From positions 1,116,001-1,180,000 of the forward strand of contig OX337236.1 in assembly GCA_946965045.2 (NCBI GenBank): DNA of 64,000 nucleotides, read 5' to 3'. The DNA is from Epithemia pelagica. Taxonomy: Eukaryota; Protista; Bacillariophyta. The number at the start of each line of letters is the position of its first letter. Positions within the stretch are counted from its first letter, which is position 1. The translations under genes were made by a program, and so were the position numbers. The notes beneath the pieces were generated by a model. The model did not search any database, had not been told where the DNA came from, and worked only from the letters and a program-made list of their open reading frames with translations. Positions 11,821 to 23,700 of this stretch are shown here, piece by piece.

Positions 11821-14800
11821 TTACGAAGGATGGTTGTTGTCACCCGTTGTGTTGGCAGTGGAATGGGAAGCGCTTTGTCGTTGGAAGGGGAAAAATTCTC
11901 GGAGATCACGTTGTCGTTGGGTCACCTGACCACTGTGGTCGGGGTGTGGTGGTCGGGTGGTTGGACGGCCTTGCCGATGAACCGGAAAGTGAGTGCGAAT
12001 ATCTGAAGTGTGTAGTCTAGTCTGGGAGGCTTGTCGCTTTTGTCCGCGGGCCACCACTGGACCTATGGTGGTAATCCAGTCTTGGAGTTCCGCGGTGGAG
12101 GACGTGGCGAGGCGTTGTTCGAGTGGTTGTGCAAACGGGGTGCGGTCATCATATAAAAGTTGCTCGCCTGCACGGTATAGTTGATGTACCATGTTTTCCA
12201 TCTGACGTCGAGTGTGAGGACTACCCTCATGGGTTTGGGCGTGGACACGTTGGTTGCGTTGCCTCCAGAGAGTGCTCCTGGCGAACCAAAGATGTGTAAT
12301 CATTGTGGGTCCCCACGGGGGAGGAGGTCGTTTTTGTTGCATAATGTGGGGGTTTGCCTCGAGGTAGTGTTCTTGTTGGATTCGCCACCCTTTCGGGATA
12401 AAACCCCGGAAGACAAGGATAGGCTGAATGTCGGTGAGATCGCCGTCGAGTGACTCATCTACTTCAATTTTGGGCGGGGTGTGTAGTAATTGCTCAAAAC
12501 ACTGGAGCATGTGTGTTTGAAGGGTGGGCTCAGTATAGAGGGTGGTCAAGCGTTCCTTCAGTTCGGTGAGGAAAGACGAGCGCCATTGGTCAGCGCTTCT
12601 GCATCTGTACAGGTGGTCTTGAGTTTCATCAAGAGGACAACACGGGCAGCATGGTGGCATCGGTTCATATTTTGCTAGGCGGACATTGGTGGGTAGCCAC
12701 CCCGCGAAAAGTTTCGCGAGGAAAGTTTGGGATATAGAAGCAGTATGGCATGCTTGTTCGAACGAAATCCAATCAATGCACTCGTGGGTTTGGTCTGTCC
12801 ACTGGAACTTATGTTGGAAATAGCGGGCCAAATTCTTCCCCGGGACAATCTTCCGGAGAACTTTGAGCTCGTCGCCGTTGTGGGGACCATACGCCTGGGT
12901 CGTGAGGCGAACCTTGGAATGGGGAAGCATCGGAAACCAAGGGCGAGGACCGGGCTTTTGGCGGTCGAGGGCTACCGTGGCCATTTCGTCTGCCAAGACG
13001 TTGAGCTGTGCCAATCTAGGGAGGAAGTTGAAGCTGACTTCCGCGTCCTGATGGCCTTTGACGTGTTCAAACTCGATGTAATACGGGAAACGCCGGAGAA
13101 CCGCAAAGATTTCAATAAATAAGTCAATATCGTTGCGCGTATAAACCGAAGAATACCACAATTCGCCGTAACTGCGGAGCTCGTTGAATCGCTGTATGAA
13201 ACTTAAACTGTCGGTATGCAGGACCCATTTTTGAATTGGGTTACCTACAAACCCATAATGACTGGTGGCATGTTGTAAGAAACAGAGAAGGCACCAAATG
13301 GACCACGCCTCCGCTCGGAAGGACGACATTGGCCAGCCGAGCACAGGGCCGTGGGCTTTGAGCCAGACCTCCTGATCGTTGCCGATGACCCATCCATAAG
13401 AGCCGAGGGGAGTCCGACATCCTCCGTCGCAGACACAATGCATCGATGGAAGGCGAAACGGTTGGTTCAAAGTCGTGAACAAATGTTGAAGGCCGTCACT
13501 GTTGGGAAGAAAATCCACGTGCCGGTGGAAAACCGGCCATCGATGAGTAAAACTCTCGAGTAGACCGTTTGGCGCCGCCGAGGGGATAAATTCGTAGATG
13601 TAGTCCAACGCTGGAGGTATTGCGCACAATCTGCGGGGCCAATCCACTCGGGTAGGAAAACAATTGGGGGGTAGCTCGGTTAAAGGAGTTGCTTTGACTG
13701 TAACGATGGTGCGGTCATAGAGGGCGGACCTAGCCCGGGCTGGTAAAGTAGGGTAGCGCAAGAAATTTTTGCCGGTGCCACGAAGCAAGATATGGTCGGT
13801 TTCGAATTCGAAGTAAGCTGGCCAGAGTTTTTCCGTGGCTTGGGGAAGCCATTTCTCTAATCGGTCCCGTAAAATGTCTGTGCGGCCATGTTTGCAATAT
13901 GTTGTTCTCAAGAAGCGACGGAAGAGAGCCCATTGCGCCTTTCCGGGGCATTGTTGGATTGGCCAAAGTTCCTTGTCCGGTTGGGAAATCGTAGAAGCGG
14001 TGCCGTCCAAGCAAGGAATGTAAAGTCGATCGCCCAAAAGGGTACAAACTTCCGACAAAAAACGAACTTTGAGGTACATCCTGCAATTGTTGATATGGAC
14101 CAAGTCAGATTTTTTCCATGGGCCCCGGCAGGCCTCTTCCATAAGGTTGGAATCGGCGACTCGATACGGCCGATGAGCGGGGAATTCGTCCTCCCTCAAT
14201 TCGAGTCGGGCATCACTGGCTATGAGAAAGTCGCGGGTTGTTTTGAACCAACCGTCTGGCAGGTAGAGAAGGTGCGGATCCACGTCTTGAAACGGGTGAA
14301 ACATGATCCCCGAAGACATATGGCCCCACTTGAGCAAGATGACCAAGGTGTTCCGGAGTATATTCGGAGGGCCCCGCAGTGTCGGCAAAAGTATAGAATG
14401 CAGATGTTGGCAGCCTTGCTCCACCCAAAAATGGGTAAGGCCAAGTCCGCCCACTTCGGTTGGAGCAAAACTTAGGGCAAGAGGAAACGTCCGGGGAAGG
14501 CCGAGAGCATTAAGAAGATAACCGGTTGAAGCACGATGAATACGTTGGCAATCCTTGTAACGGAGATGAGTACTTGGAAGGGAGTACGTGAGTGACGGAA
14601 GGAAAATGGAACTGTAAAATGTTCGGGCCGCGCGCCGACTGATTTTGGTAGACGCTAATGCGACTCCGAGCCTCCAGCCTTTCTTGATCAGGTGATTGAT
14701 TTCAGTAGTAGATGATCCGTTCGGGGCGACCATACAACCGAGGGTTCTTGTTGCCACGGAACAGTCTAGGTGACGAAGTTCGGTGGTCGTGGTGTCATCG

Positions 14801-17800
14801 CTATTCGTAAGGGACACAGAAATGCCCATGTCTTGTAATTGCTGGACCGATGCAGGACGTGGGAGACCAGTGGTGTCGAATGTCCAGTGTAATACGTATA
14901 GGAAGCATTTGCGGAATTCCAGCTGCCCTCCGGAATGCCAGAGGAGAGTCTCCCACCATTGTGCCATGGCCGTAGCTTCCTGGACCAACTGGAACAAGAA
15001 TTGTTGTGCCTTCGCCTCGGCATAAGGGTTGTGGGTGAAATAGTCAAGTGTCTCCTGGAACTTAGCGGAAGCATTGGCTACGTCGTCGACGAAACCTTGA
15101 AGGGCCTGTGCAATTTGGAGTTCGCGGTCAGGGGCGCATAAATCCACGCCTTTGAAATGTTTGGTCAAGGCGTCCATTATTTGGGAGCATTCAATGGCCC
15201 ACAGACAAGGTCCGGGTTGGCTGCCCTGACCGGGACCATGGAGGTCGTTGCCGTCGTCGCCATGGGAGTAGTGGCTGTCCGAAACTCCGAGCACCGTTTT
15301 GACATGATACTTTGCCTCGTCAAGAAATTTACCGAACGCTACCGCCGTCATCTCGGGCAGTCCCAAATGCATGCAACACGCGAGAGCGTAAGCCATCACG
15401 ATCCTGTCATAACAGGATTTCGCATCATTGTCAAATGTCACTAAGTCAGTGCGGGAGAAGGTGGCAATTTCATAAGTGAATTGCTTAAGGCAGACGCAGT
15501 CGATGGCTTTCTTGCCCTGTCGAGAACCCCATTGGCCTTCATGGAGCGCGCCGTGGGCTTCGCAGTGCGGCATGAGACGGCGAGACCACAAAATGCCTAA
15601 TCCGGCATTCCACAAGCCATCGAACAAATGGATCACGCGGAGTCGATCGATTTTTGGATCGCCCGGATCCTTCTCCAGCATTGTATTGTGAACCGTGAGC
15701 CAACGGTTGGCTACCTGGCCTGTCTTGAAGGAGGTGGTTAAGGCTCGTCCCATGATGTCGAAGATAAAGGAGCAGCTATTTTCGGCGGGAGCACTCATGG
15801 CCAAGGCGTCGTCATGGGTGAGGAATTGGTCTTCAATGGAGCGATCGGGGGCAGCACGTTCGGCGACAGGCTGGGCTGGGGTCGGACCACCGGTCGGTGG
15901 TGGTATACCTTCAATTCGTTCTTGCTTGGGGGGATCTAAGAGAAGGAGGCATTTGTAATGTCCAAGATGGACTCCGCTGGGGGACGTCGACGTCGATTCA
16001 CGCCACCGCTGGAATTTTTGGCTAAGGTCATGGCCTGTAATCGTATTGGAGATAAGCGGTAAATGGGGACCTTGCAGTTGATCCAACAAAGCTTTGGTGG
16101 CCGGGGAAACGTCGGGCAGAGCAAGTGCACGGTCGATTCCTTCGAGGCCATGGCATGCGTTTCGGCCCAAACAGTCGAGGACTGGTCCTGTGGTAAAAGG
16201 GCCGCGAGCTTGGCTAAAGTGGGTTAGGTTGCGCTCAATTAATCTTGGTCCCATGTGGTCTGGGTCGTGTAACCACTCGTAGTCTCCGGTTGCCTGGCCT
16301 GTAGTGGGGTCAATCTTGGGGACTTTGAGGGAAGCTAAACCCCCACCGGATTGGTGTTTCTTGAGCATTGTTCTGAATCGATAAAAGACGCGTTGCACAG
16401 ATTCCATTCCCAAAAGACCAGCCAAGACCGCCGCTTTCTTGTGGTGCAATACAGCGGCCCAGTATTCCGCACGCTCTTCTAGGAACTCTTCGCGTAGTAG
16501 GACTGCCTTCCGCTCGCATTCTGCTAGGTAGTGTTTTGCTTGTTTTAAATGACGGAGCACAATAGCACGAGATGTGGGCAACGAGAGAGACGGGGGTTCC
16601 CATTGTGCTTCCGAAGCTAATTGGGCGCGTTCGTTAGCAAAGGAACGACCGGTGCGAAGTTCCGAAATCCAAATCCTCCAATAACGCACTCGCCGTCTGG
16701 CATTGACTAATGTAGGTGACCATGGGTGGGAATGGTGGGCACCGCATTTCTGTTCGGCTGAGAGCATGCCTCTAGTGAGGTCCTCAACCAAACCGTTGAG
16801 TCGAGATGGAATCTGGGGGTTGTGGGGATCGTCGTTGGCCATCTGTTCCAATCGTTCAGATCGGGCGACCATGTTATGTTGAATGACATATTCAAGAACG
16901 TGTTTACGGTATTGCAAAGCATGCGCGATGCGATGGGAATGAAGTAATCGCGTTGCAGGTGTCGCCAATGGTGTCGGTTTGCCACCAAAGAATTGTTGCA
17001 TGTGGAGGTCGACGTAGAGGCCACGATGGTCCGAAGAAAACAACTCGTGGTACGCCGAAATGCCTGCACGGGCGGTGCAATGCGAGATAAGATGGGTGCC
17101 GAAAATGTAATCTAACCGTTTGTTGCCGCGTTGATACGTCCCTGGTGGGTGAGCATGTATCGCGGAGTGACGGAGTAGATGGAGATCGGTTAGCTTGCAG
17201 TCCTGGACGAAGCGGAGAAGCTGACTGTTGGGGTCATACATGCTTTCGTTGGCGTCGAGCATGAGGACAACTTCATATTCCTCGGATATTAACCGTTGAA
17301 TTTCCCGTTGGAGATCAGTAAAGAACTGACGTCGTGGATCGGGGGCCCTGTGAGGCTGCTGGGTCCGGAGAACGTGCCATTGCTGCATGTAGGCGGTACG
17401 GCCACCCGCTTGGCTGGCATTCTGGTTGCAAACGCGATACGCCGAAATCACCGCTAATTTGCTCTGGTGGCGCCCTCGTATGAGGAGTGTAGACCACCGG
17501 CCCATGTTCAAAGGATCGGATTGTCGACGGCATCTTGGTTGCCAAGGGCCGTGTGCCAAGGTGCAGGTACCGCCGGGTTGGTAGTAGGAGTTGTACCTTA
17601 CCGTAGACGACGCTGTAGCAATGGTGCATGGCTTGAGGACTTGATTGAATTGGCGATGAATCTCGTGTTGGACATTGTAGTTACGCCAGTCTATATTCGT
17701 TTCTGCCAAGCCCAAGATATCAATATCCGCGCCTTGCGCAGTGATGGCCATCGTTTGAACTTGACTGAAGCCATTGCCCGCTTTGATGCCGTTGATGTTT

Positions 17801-18615
17801 TGAAAGTACAATCGTATGTGGTCTGTTTGTTTGGGCAAGAGTGGATCGCCCCACGATTCATTGGACCGGTTATTTGGAGCGTACTGAGGAAAATCGTGGA
17901 GGCTGGATTGGATGATGAGTGGGGATGAGGGGTCGGGTGCTGGTGGTGGAGGTGGACTGGAAGTGGGATCGGTAATGGGAGGAATCCTAGCAGGGCTAAG
18001 ATTGTTTTGCCTTGGCCGTGGGGTCTGGTGCCGCAGGGGGTCGCTGCTCCTTGTCTGGTCCGTTGCGGCCTGTTCCAGAGGGTTGGAGCCGCTGGGGTGG
18101 GGGATTGGAGTGACCGTCGGTAGATCGGCCCGTGGTGCTGTTACCAGGACGGCGGGCCGTGGTATAGGGGTTGACGCTAATGGAACCTGGGCAGCGGAGA
18201 TTGTTGGAAGCCGGCTCAGCAGTAGCCCGAGGATCCCCGTTACTAGGAGTAGTGATTGATGGAGCGGCTGAGGGAGGAACCGACGGCGTCTGGATGGAGG
18301 GCGTCGATCTTGGTTGGTCAGAAGGAGCAGAGGCCGAGGGAAAAAGAGTGGTTGGTGCAGCAGGGGTGGTTTCAGTAGGACGGAGAGCTGGAACTGGTGG
18401 ATCCTCTGGCACGTGGATTGGGGATGAGTTGTCGAGGACATACTGAGTATCAGGGGAAAACGGAGGGCATGTCCGTTTGTGGGGCGGACTACGGGTTTCC
18501 GGATCGCTACCGGTTGCGGGTTCTCTTGGACGACTCGCGGAACGACTGGTAGTATCCGATGGTTGTGCATTGGTTGGGATGGACGGCGTGGACTGGTTGG
18601 TGGAGTTTGTAACAT
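11821..18615 (-). CDS. LINE ORF2: APE endonuclease, reverse transcriptase, RNase H, Cys/His finger; uninterrupted
   Basis: YFQNINGI, LAETN, LDANE, RLDYIF, SDHRG (APE); DNDAKSCYDRI, GPGQGS, GFVDD (RT); CDGG, SFRAE, TDS, HVKGHQD, NVLAD (RNase H); CPCC...ETQDHLYRC. Confidence 0.95.
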   Translation of the reverse strand: MLQTPPTSPRRPSQPMHNHRILPVVPRVVQENPQPVAIRKPVVRPTNGHALRFPLILSMSSTTHPQSTCQRIHQFQLSVLLKPPLLHQPLFFPRPLLLLTNQDRRPPSRRRRFLPQPLHQSLLLVTGILGLLLSRLPTISAAQVPLASTPIPRPAVLVTAPRADLPTVTPIPHPSGSNPLEQAATDQTRSSDPLRHQTPRPRQNNLSPARIPPITDPTSSPPPPPAPDPSSPLIIQSSLHDFPQYAPNNRSNESWGDPLLPKQTDHIRLYFQNINGIKAGNGFSQVQTMAITAQGADIDILGLAETNIDWRNYNVQHEIHRQFNQVLKPCTIATASSTVRYNSYYQPGGTCTLAHGPWQPRCRRQSDPLNMGRWSTLLIRGRHQSKLAVISAYRVCNQNASQAGGRTAYMQQWHVLRTQQPHRAPDPRRQFFTDLQREIQRLISEEYEVVLMLDANESMYDPNSQLLRFVQDCKLTDLHLLRHSAIHAHPPGTYQRGNKRLDYIFGTHLISHCTARAGISAYHELFSSDHRGLYVDLHMQQFFGGKPTPLATPATRLLHSHRIAHALQYRKHVLEYVIQHNMVARSERLEQMANDDPHNPQIPSRLNGLVEDLTRGMLSAEQKCGAHHSHPWSPTLVNARRRVRYWRIWISELRTGRSFANERAQLASEAQWEPPSLSLPTSRAIVLRHLKQAKHYLAECERKAVLLREEFLEERAEYWAAVLHHKKAAVLAGLLGMESVQRVFYRFRTMLKKHQSGGGLASLKVPKIDPTTGQATGDYEWLHDPDHMGPRLIERNLTHFSQARGPFTTGPVLDCLGRNACHGLEGIDRALALPDVSPATKALLDQLQGPHLPLISNTITGHDLSQKFQRWRESTSTSPSGVHLGHYKCLLLLDPPKQERIEGIPPPTGGPTPAQPVAERAAPDRSIEDQFLTHDDALAMSAPAENSCSFIFDIMGRALTTSFKTGQVANRWLTVHNTMLEKDPGDPKIDRLRVIHLFDGLWNAGLGILWSRRLMPHCEAHGALHEGQWGSRQGKKAIDCVCLKQFTYEIATFSRTDLVTFDNDAKSCYDRIVMAYALACCMHLGLPEMTAVAFGKFLDEAKYHVKTVLGVSDSHYSHGDDGNDLHGPGQGSQPGPCLWAIECSQIMDALTKHFKGVDLCAPDRELQIAQALQGFVDDVANASAKFQETLDYFTHNPYAEAKAQQFLFQLVQEATAMAQWWETLLWHSGGQLEFRKCFLYVLHWTFDTTGLPRPASVQQLQDMGISVSLTNSDDTTTTELRHLDCSVATRTLGCMVAPNGSSTTEINHLIKKGWRLGVALASTKISRRAARTFYSSIFLPSLTYSLPSTHLRYKDCQRIHRASTGYLLNALGLPRTFPLALSFAPTEVGGLGLTHFWVEQGCQHLHSILLPTLRGPPNILRNTLVILLKWGHMSSGIMFHPFQDVDPHLLYLPDGWFKTTRDFLIASDARLELREDEFPAHRPYRVADSNLMEEACRGPWKKSDLVHINNCRMYLKVRFLSEVCTLLGDRLYIPCLDGTASTISQPDKELWPIQQCPGKAQWALFRRFLRTTYCKHGRTDILRDRLEKWLPQATEKLWPAYFEFETDHILLRGTGKNFLRYPTLPARARSALYDRTIVTVKATPLTELPPNCFPTRVDWPRRLCAIPPALDYIYEFIPSAAPNGLLESFTHRWPVFHRHVDFLPNSDGLQHLFTTLNQPFRLPSMHCVCDGGCRTPLGSYGWVIGNDQEVWLKAHGPVLGWPMSSFRAEAWSIWCLLCFLQHATSHYGFVGNPIQKWVLHTDSLSFIQRFNELRSYGELWYSSVYTRNDIDLFIEIFAVLRRFPYYIEFEHVKGHQDAEVSFNFLPRLAQLNVLADEMATVALDRQKPGPRPWFPMLPHSKVRLTTQAYGPHNGDELKVLRKIVPGKNLARYFQHKFQWTDQTHECIDWISFEQACHTASISQTFLAKLFAGWLPTNVRLAKYEPMPPCCPCCPLDETQDHLYRCRSADQWRSSFLTELKERLTTLYTEPTLQTHMLQCFEQLLHTPPKIEVDESLDGDLTDIQPILVFRGFIPKGWRIQQEHYLEANPHIMQQKRPPPPWGPTMITHLWFARSTLWRQRNQRVHAQTHEGSPHTRRQMENMVHQLYRAGEQLLYDDRTPFAQPLEQRLATSSTAELQDWITTIGPVVARGQKRQASQTRLHTSDIRTHFPVHRQGRPTTRPPHPDHSGQVTQRQRDLREFFPFQRQSASHSTANTTGDNNHPS

Positions 18616-20623
18616 CGACGGGAGGACTGGGAAGAGGAGCTTGGGTAGTTGGAGGACTGGGAGTGATAGCTGAGGCCGAGGGCGAGGACTGGAGTCCCCG
18701 GATAAGAGACGCTAAATGTTCGAATTGGGCGTTAGATGTCTGGAGAAATTGGTTCAGAGCAGTCGATACTTGCTGCTGGGTTTCGCTCTGCTGGACTTGT
18801 GTTTGCTGGATGGTTTCTATTTGGGTTTGCAGCGTATCTTGTCTCGTAGAAAATTGCTGTTGGTTGTTGCACACCGTAGTGAGTTTGTCGTCTTGTTGGG
18901 AAGCCTTGGTCTTAAGGGACGAGAGGTCGGACTGGATCGACTCGGTTTTCTCAACTTGGGCCTGGAGTTGCTGGGCCAGTTTGTTTACCTTCTGCTCTAG
19001 GGCGGCGGTGACCGTTGTAGTTGCCGAAGTTAGTGCCGTCGACTGCGACGACGAAACCGTAAGAGCGTCCGCGTATGACACCTGTTTTTTAGTCTTGGAG
19101 GTTCGTCGTGACCGAGGGGGCGGAGGTGCCGTGGGATTCGACACCGGTTGCCACGGGTTCACCAACTCAGGGAAGGACTGCTGATCAATCATGACGCGCA
19201 CAGCTGGTTTGCGGGCGGTTGGACGAGGACGGCCTGTTGGCAAGGTCATGTTGAGGCCGGACGCTTCCATGAGAGTAGCACGGGCCTGGCGGTCGGAGCG
19301 GATGGTCCTTCGAAATGGTTGACGACATGGATCCTGAGCTTCCAGATTGGCAAAGACGTCCACGCTTCGATACAAAGCCACAAAATGATCATCGAACCAC
19401 TCACTGTTTGCCTGGAGGCAGTCATTATGGCAAATCAATTTCCAAGATCCCCAGCGGTTTTCTGGCTCCAGCGCCATAAAGCGGGGGGTATTCTTAGTGT
19501 CGTCTTGTAGTTGGCCTGGGAGGTATAACAACATGTTCCGCAATCAGACAGTAGAGGTAGTATCAGTAAAGCCTTCATAATTGTTCACGGTGTCAAGAGG
19601 CACTTGGCCGTCGAAGACGCGGCCAGCGGCGTTCTGGATCAGAATGTACGACGTAGATTGGACAAACGTATTTTGCTCCGCAACGCAAGCGCGGAAGTGA
19701 TCGGGGCTGTCGGAGCGGAGCTGGTAAGAAGCGAATTGTCCCAAGGACCAGATATCTTTCGATGTCACTCCGTCCAGAAGACAAAGAAACAAGTCAAGAT
19801 GTGCGCGAGAGCAGCGGAATTCAATGGCTTCAGCGGAGATGAATTTGGCTTGGGGTTTGGACGAAGCAGCTTGAGGATTCCTGGTGGAAGATCGTGCGTA
19901 GTAGGCCCGAACGTTCTGGATGCAAAGGTCAAATTTAGGCAATGCTTGCCCATACAGTTTATAAGGACGGACCGCGGCCACTTGATCCGGGGGCAATGTG
20001 CCTATGTCCAGGTCGTGAAGGTATGTTTCAAGAGCCATCTCGGCTCTCCAATGAAAGCCTTCCATCAATGTCCATTGCGGATGTCGGAGCGTAAAGACGC
20101 CAGCGGCCTGGATGTCAAGAGTATCCAGATTATGGTACGTGAGCCACGCGTCCGTGGAATGTAAAAACTGGAGAAACTGCTTGTTCTGTTTCATATTCTG
20201 AATAGAAAGGCCGAGAGTCTGGACTGTGATGACCATGTAGAACCGATACGCGCCGTGTTCGGGGCGATGGGACTTGGCGCCTTGAAAGTAGGTAGGGTAC
20301 GATAGTGGAGGCGGAACTTGGGACTGATTGGAAAAGTACTCGGACCCGTCGTTAGTGCAGAAATGAATCACATTGGGAAAGGCCTGAAGGGTTGTCGAGA
20401 CGAAGTTGCTATAAGCTTTGCCAGCATCGAAGGCAAGGTTCGTGTCATTGGGGAGGCGAATTTCGAGGCGCCAACGCGCCTGATACCATGGGGAACGGGG
20501 GCCAGATAGCAGAACCGGAGGGGCCGGTCCGGTATCAGCGTTCGGAGAGGGATTGGTAGGGTTAGTATCCATGCTTGAGTTGTTGGTTGGGGAATCGTCG
20601 GAGCCTTCCGTCGCTTCGGCCAT
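17996..20623 (-). pseudogene. LINE ORF1 (876 codons) with one in-frame TGA at 19544-19546
   Basis: ORFs 19544-20896 and 17996-19543 abut in frame; first ATG inside the element is 20623; Gln-rich coiled coil and Pro-rich C-terminus. Confidence 0.85.
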
Positions 20624-20720
20624 GGTCAGCAGTACAGTATCTACGTAGAATTCTACGTTACTAGTAGTTACCGTTGCTTTCCAAAACCGCGCGGTGCCGA
20701 AAAGTAAGACCAACAAAACA

Positions 20721-23700
20721 CTCTTGATAAAGAAGGACTCTCGTTTGCCCACATCTGTGACAAAGCCGACGCTCTGTACATGGATGCCATGAACCTCAAG
20801 AAATGGCCAGCTTCCACCCACAACAAAGACTCCAAGACACCTCCTGCAGCCTTTGCCAACCTCTCGGTAGTACAAGCCATGGCCCTTCGTCAGCACATGG
20901 GTGACACCCCCTTGTCGAAAGGAGCATGTCTAATTTGTGGCAGCTTCGACCACTGGGCGAAAGATTGTCCCCACAAAAGTTCCAAGCAAGCTTCCGGACC
21001 ACGCGCACACTCGCGCGGTGGCAGTCGCGGATCTTTCAACCAGAAACCCAAGGGAAACTCCAATCGCACCTCCAGAAGCAACAACAAGACAACCACCAAG
21101 TCAACCCCGGGATCCTCCGTCAACTGGAAGTACCAAGCACCCTCCCAAGGACAGTCCGAAACAAAGACAGTCGAAGGGAAAACTTGGTACTGGTGCGCCC
21201 ACTGCGGCCGATGGACCGGCACCCACTCCACGGCACAGCACTCGGATGACCACAAGGGGCACTCCAAGTCCAACAAGAAAACATCCAACCCCGGCGGAAT
21301 CGCAGCCCCTCAGGCAAACATGATCTCCCTAGATCTTGATGCTGGCGCCTGGGCAGCACGATTTCCTGTCCGAAACCTCATCTCAGTCGAAGATTTTGAC
21401 TCTGTCGCTCCTGACCAAACCCAAGACGACACCGACAGCATGCCATCCATCCCTGACTCGTTCTGGGACACGTTCTCCGCATCATCCGGCCCTGAAGATG
21501 ATGATGATAATGTGTCGATTGTTGTTTCAGAGGGAGAAGAACGTCAAAACACCACACAAAACGAGTCTCTTCTCAACAACACCGTTGAAACCACCGACAT
21601 GTTGTTGGATACGAGACCGGTTGATTGTTGCGACGACGCCGAATCCAACGATGCAAGCGATGAAAGCTCCGCAACCACAGAGCCGCCTCCACTGATTCCA
21701 CGCTTCCAAGACGACGAAGAAGAGGATTCAGACTTGGCCTCTCTGTTCAGGAACGTCGATTCCGACCAAACCGACGAATCGGTCGAACTCCCACCTCTCG
21801 TTCCACGACCAATCACACCCTATGGCCTTCATCAAGCTCCTGCAACATTTCGTCCCCTCATATTCATTGACCCCGACGACCTCTCAATCGCAGAATCATC
21901 GGACGAAGAAGAAGACAACGATCCAAACGCCCCAAACCGAGATTTGATGGCTCTTCCACCCAACATCCGACAAGCCTTCATCCAAGCTGCAACGGATGAA
22001 CTGCGCCGCGTCATGAACCTGCACCGCATTGTTCATCCACCAGAAGACTCCGACGACGAAGCTACCGAGACAGGTGACACCGCAAGCACCACCGACAACG
22101 ATGCAGCCGACGGAGAAAATGACCAAGACGATGAAGACGAAGATGACAAAGAGGAAGAAGATGAAGAAACCGACGACGACGACTCAAATGGAGACGCCGA
22201 CGACAAAGCAGATGACGACGATCACGATGATGACAACAACGACGGAGCCTGCCCACCTACGATGGCAAACGAAAGAAACAACGAGAGTGAGACAGATGAA
22301 GAACAAGATCCAGCACCCGAACCATCGGACATCGACTTTACCGTAGATAAAAATAAACTGAACCTCAATGCCAAAGTGGCAACCATCAACTCACCTTGGA
22401 AAGAGTACAACAACTCAAATGTCGGCGAAACTGAACGAACCGACGACACCTGGTATGACTTCTATGAAGCAACATTCACATTCGACAAGAATGAAGATCC
22501 ACAGAACACTGACATCCACACGAAAATTCCGTCAGACTGTCCAGTGAGTCAAGAACAAGACCAAAAGGAACGGCCCAACTTCCATGAACAAGACCAAGCA
22601 ACACCTGATAGGAAGATGCCGGCGATTCAAGACGATGAAGTATCCTCCATTGAGTGGGAAACGCCTCCCTGTGACAGTGCACCCTCGCCCAACAGCCTAG
22701 ATCTGTCGTTCATCACCCCAACACGACTCTTCCACGCGCCGGGCGAGCCCTCAGCCCCCAAGAAAGGTCCCTCCTCTCCCATTATTCCCTTCGCAACTCG
22801 TCAAAGGCAAATGATGGGAGAAGACGACCCGGCCATCCGTCAAGACCACATTGAGAGCCTAGTGGAGCACTTTATCCACACACACACGGCCTATCACAAA
22901 GAAGAAAATCCACGTTTGAAGATGACTTTAGAACAACAACTACCTTCTCTCCAACAGAAACTGAAGGAAGCACTAACCGCTCTCCAACTAGACGAGCAAG
23001 TGCACCACAGCCGTCTCAGCATGAAAACACCAAGTCTGAGCAGTACCTTGCACACAGCATGGGAGTTGGCCACCATCTCCGACTATGGTGCCATCATCAT
23101 CAAGCAGAACAAACAAGGACTCCCTGGTCATGCCATGGATATCACCATCAATCCAAATGACATTACCCCGGACTCCCACGACGAACATCTGACCAACCTG
23201 CCCAGCAAACCAGCCGCCCATGTAGCGACCACCAAGCTTACAACAAAACCGAAACGAAAGAAAAAGAAACCACTCCGTCTGAACCTTCCTTCTAATCCAA
23301 ATCGTCATCAATTCTTCCCACCACTGACTTCTACAAGAACACTGATGACAACCGTGAAGCAAGCCGCTCTCACCGGTTTGCTCGGCACTGGTTTGTTGTA
23401 TATTGGTCCACATCTGGCTCCAAGAAAGGCACTCCCATACCTCCTTTCCTGTTTTGGAGGCACAACAGCTGCCTTGCAGATTGTTCAGCCTTTGTCGCTT
23501 CCCTCCCACCCGCCCGTGGATTGTCTCACCCACAGGTTGATTGTTACATGTCTTCCACCCAACTCTGGCATGTCCTTGGTCCGCTCTGTTGGACGATGGC
23601 TGCGATCAGCACTCGGTCTCTGTACCACATCAGAGGGAGAATACCAACCAACCCATGCCATTGCTGTGGCACCGAAACCTCGCTCCCACCACGACCGACA

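Larger units (their letters stand above)
11651..20705 (-). mobile_element. Full-length non-LTR retrotransposon (Ambal-like LINE), 9055 bp
   Basis: 15-bp TSD AAGACCAACAAAACA (11636-11650 and 20706-20720), 3' (TA)n tail at 11651-11658, ORF1 plus ORF2. Clade assignment rests on size, domain order and host, not on a tree. Confidence 0.92.

Noticed and set aside
18477-19184. 235-aa antisense ORF and similar long antisense ORFs over TE genes (e.g. 25306-26055, 58627-59307)
   Set aside because: Shadows of low-complexity sense frames.
19544-19546. In-frame TGA in LINE ORF1 as selenocysteine
   Set aside because: No Cys or redox motif context and no SECIS seen; ordinary nonsense mutation is more likely.
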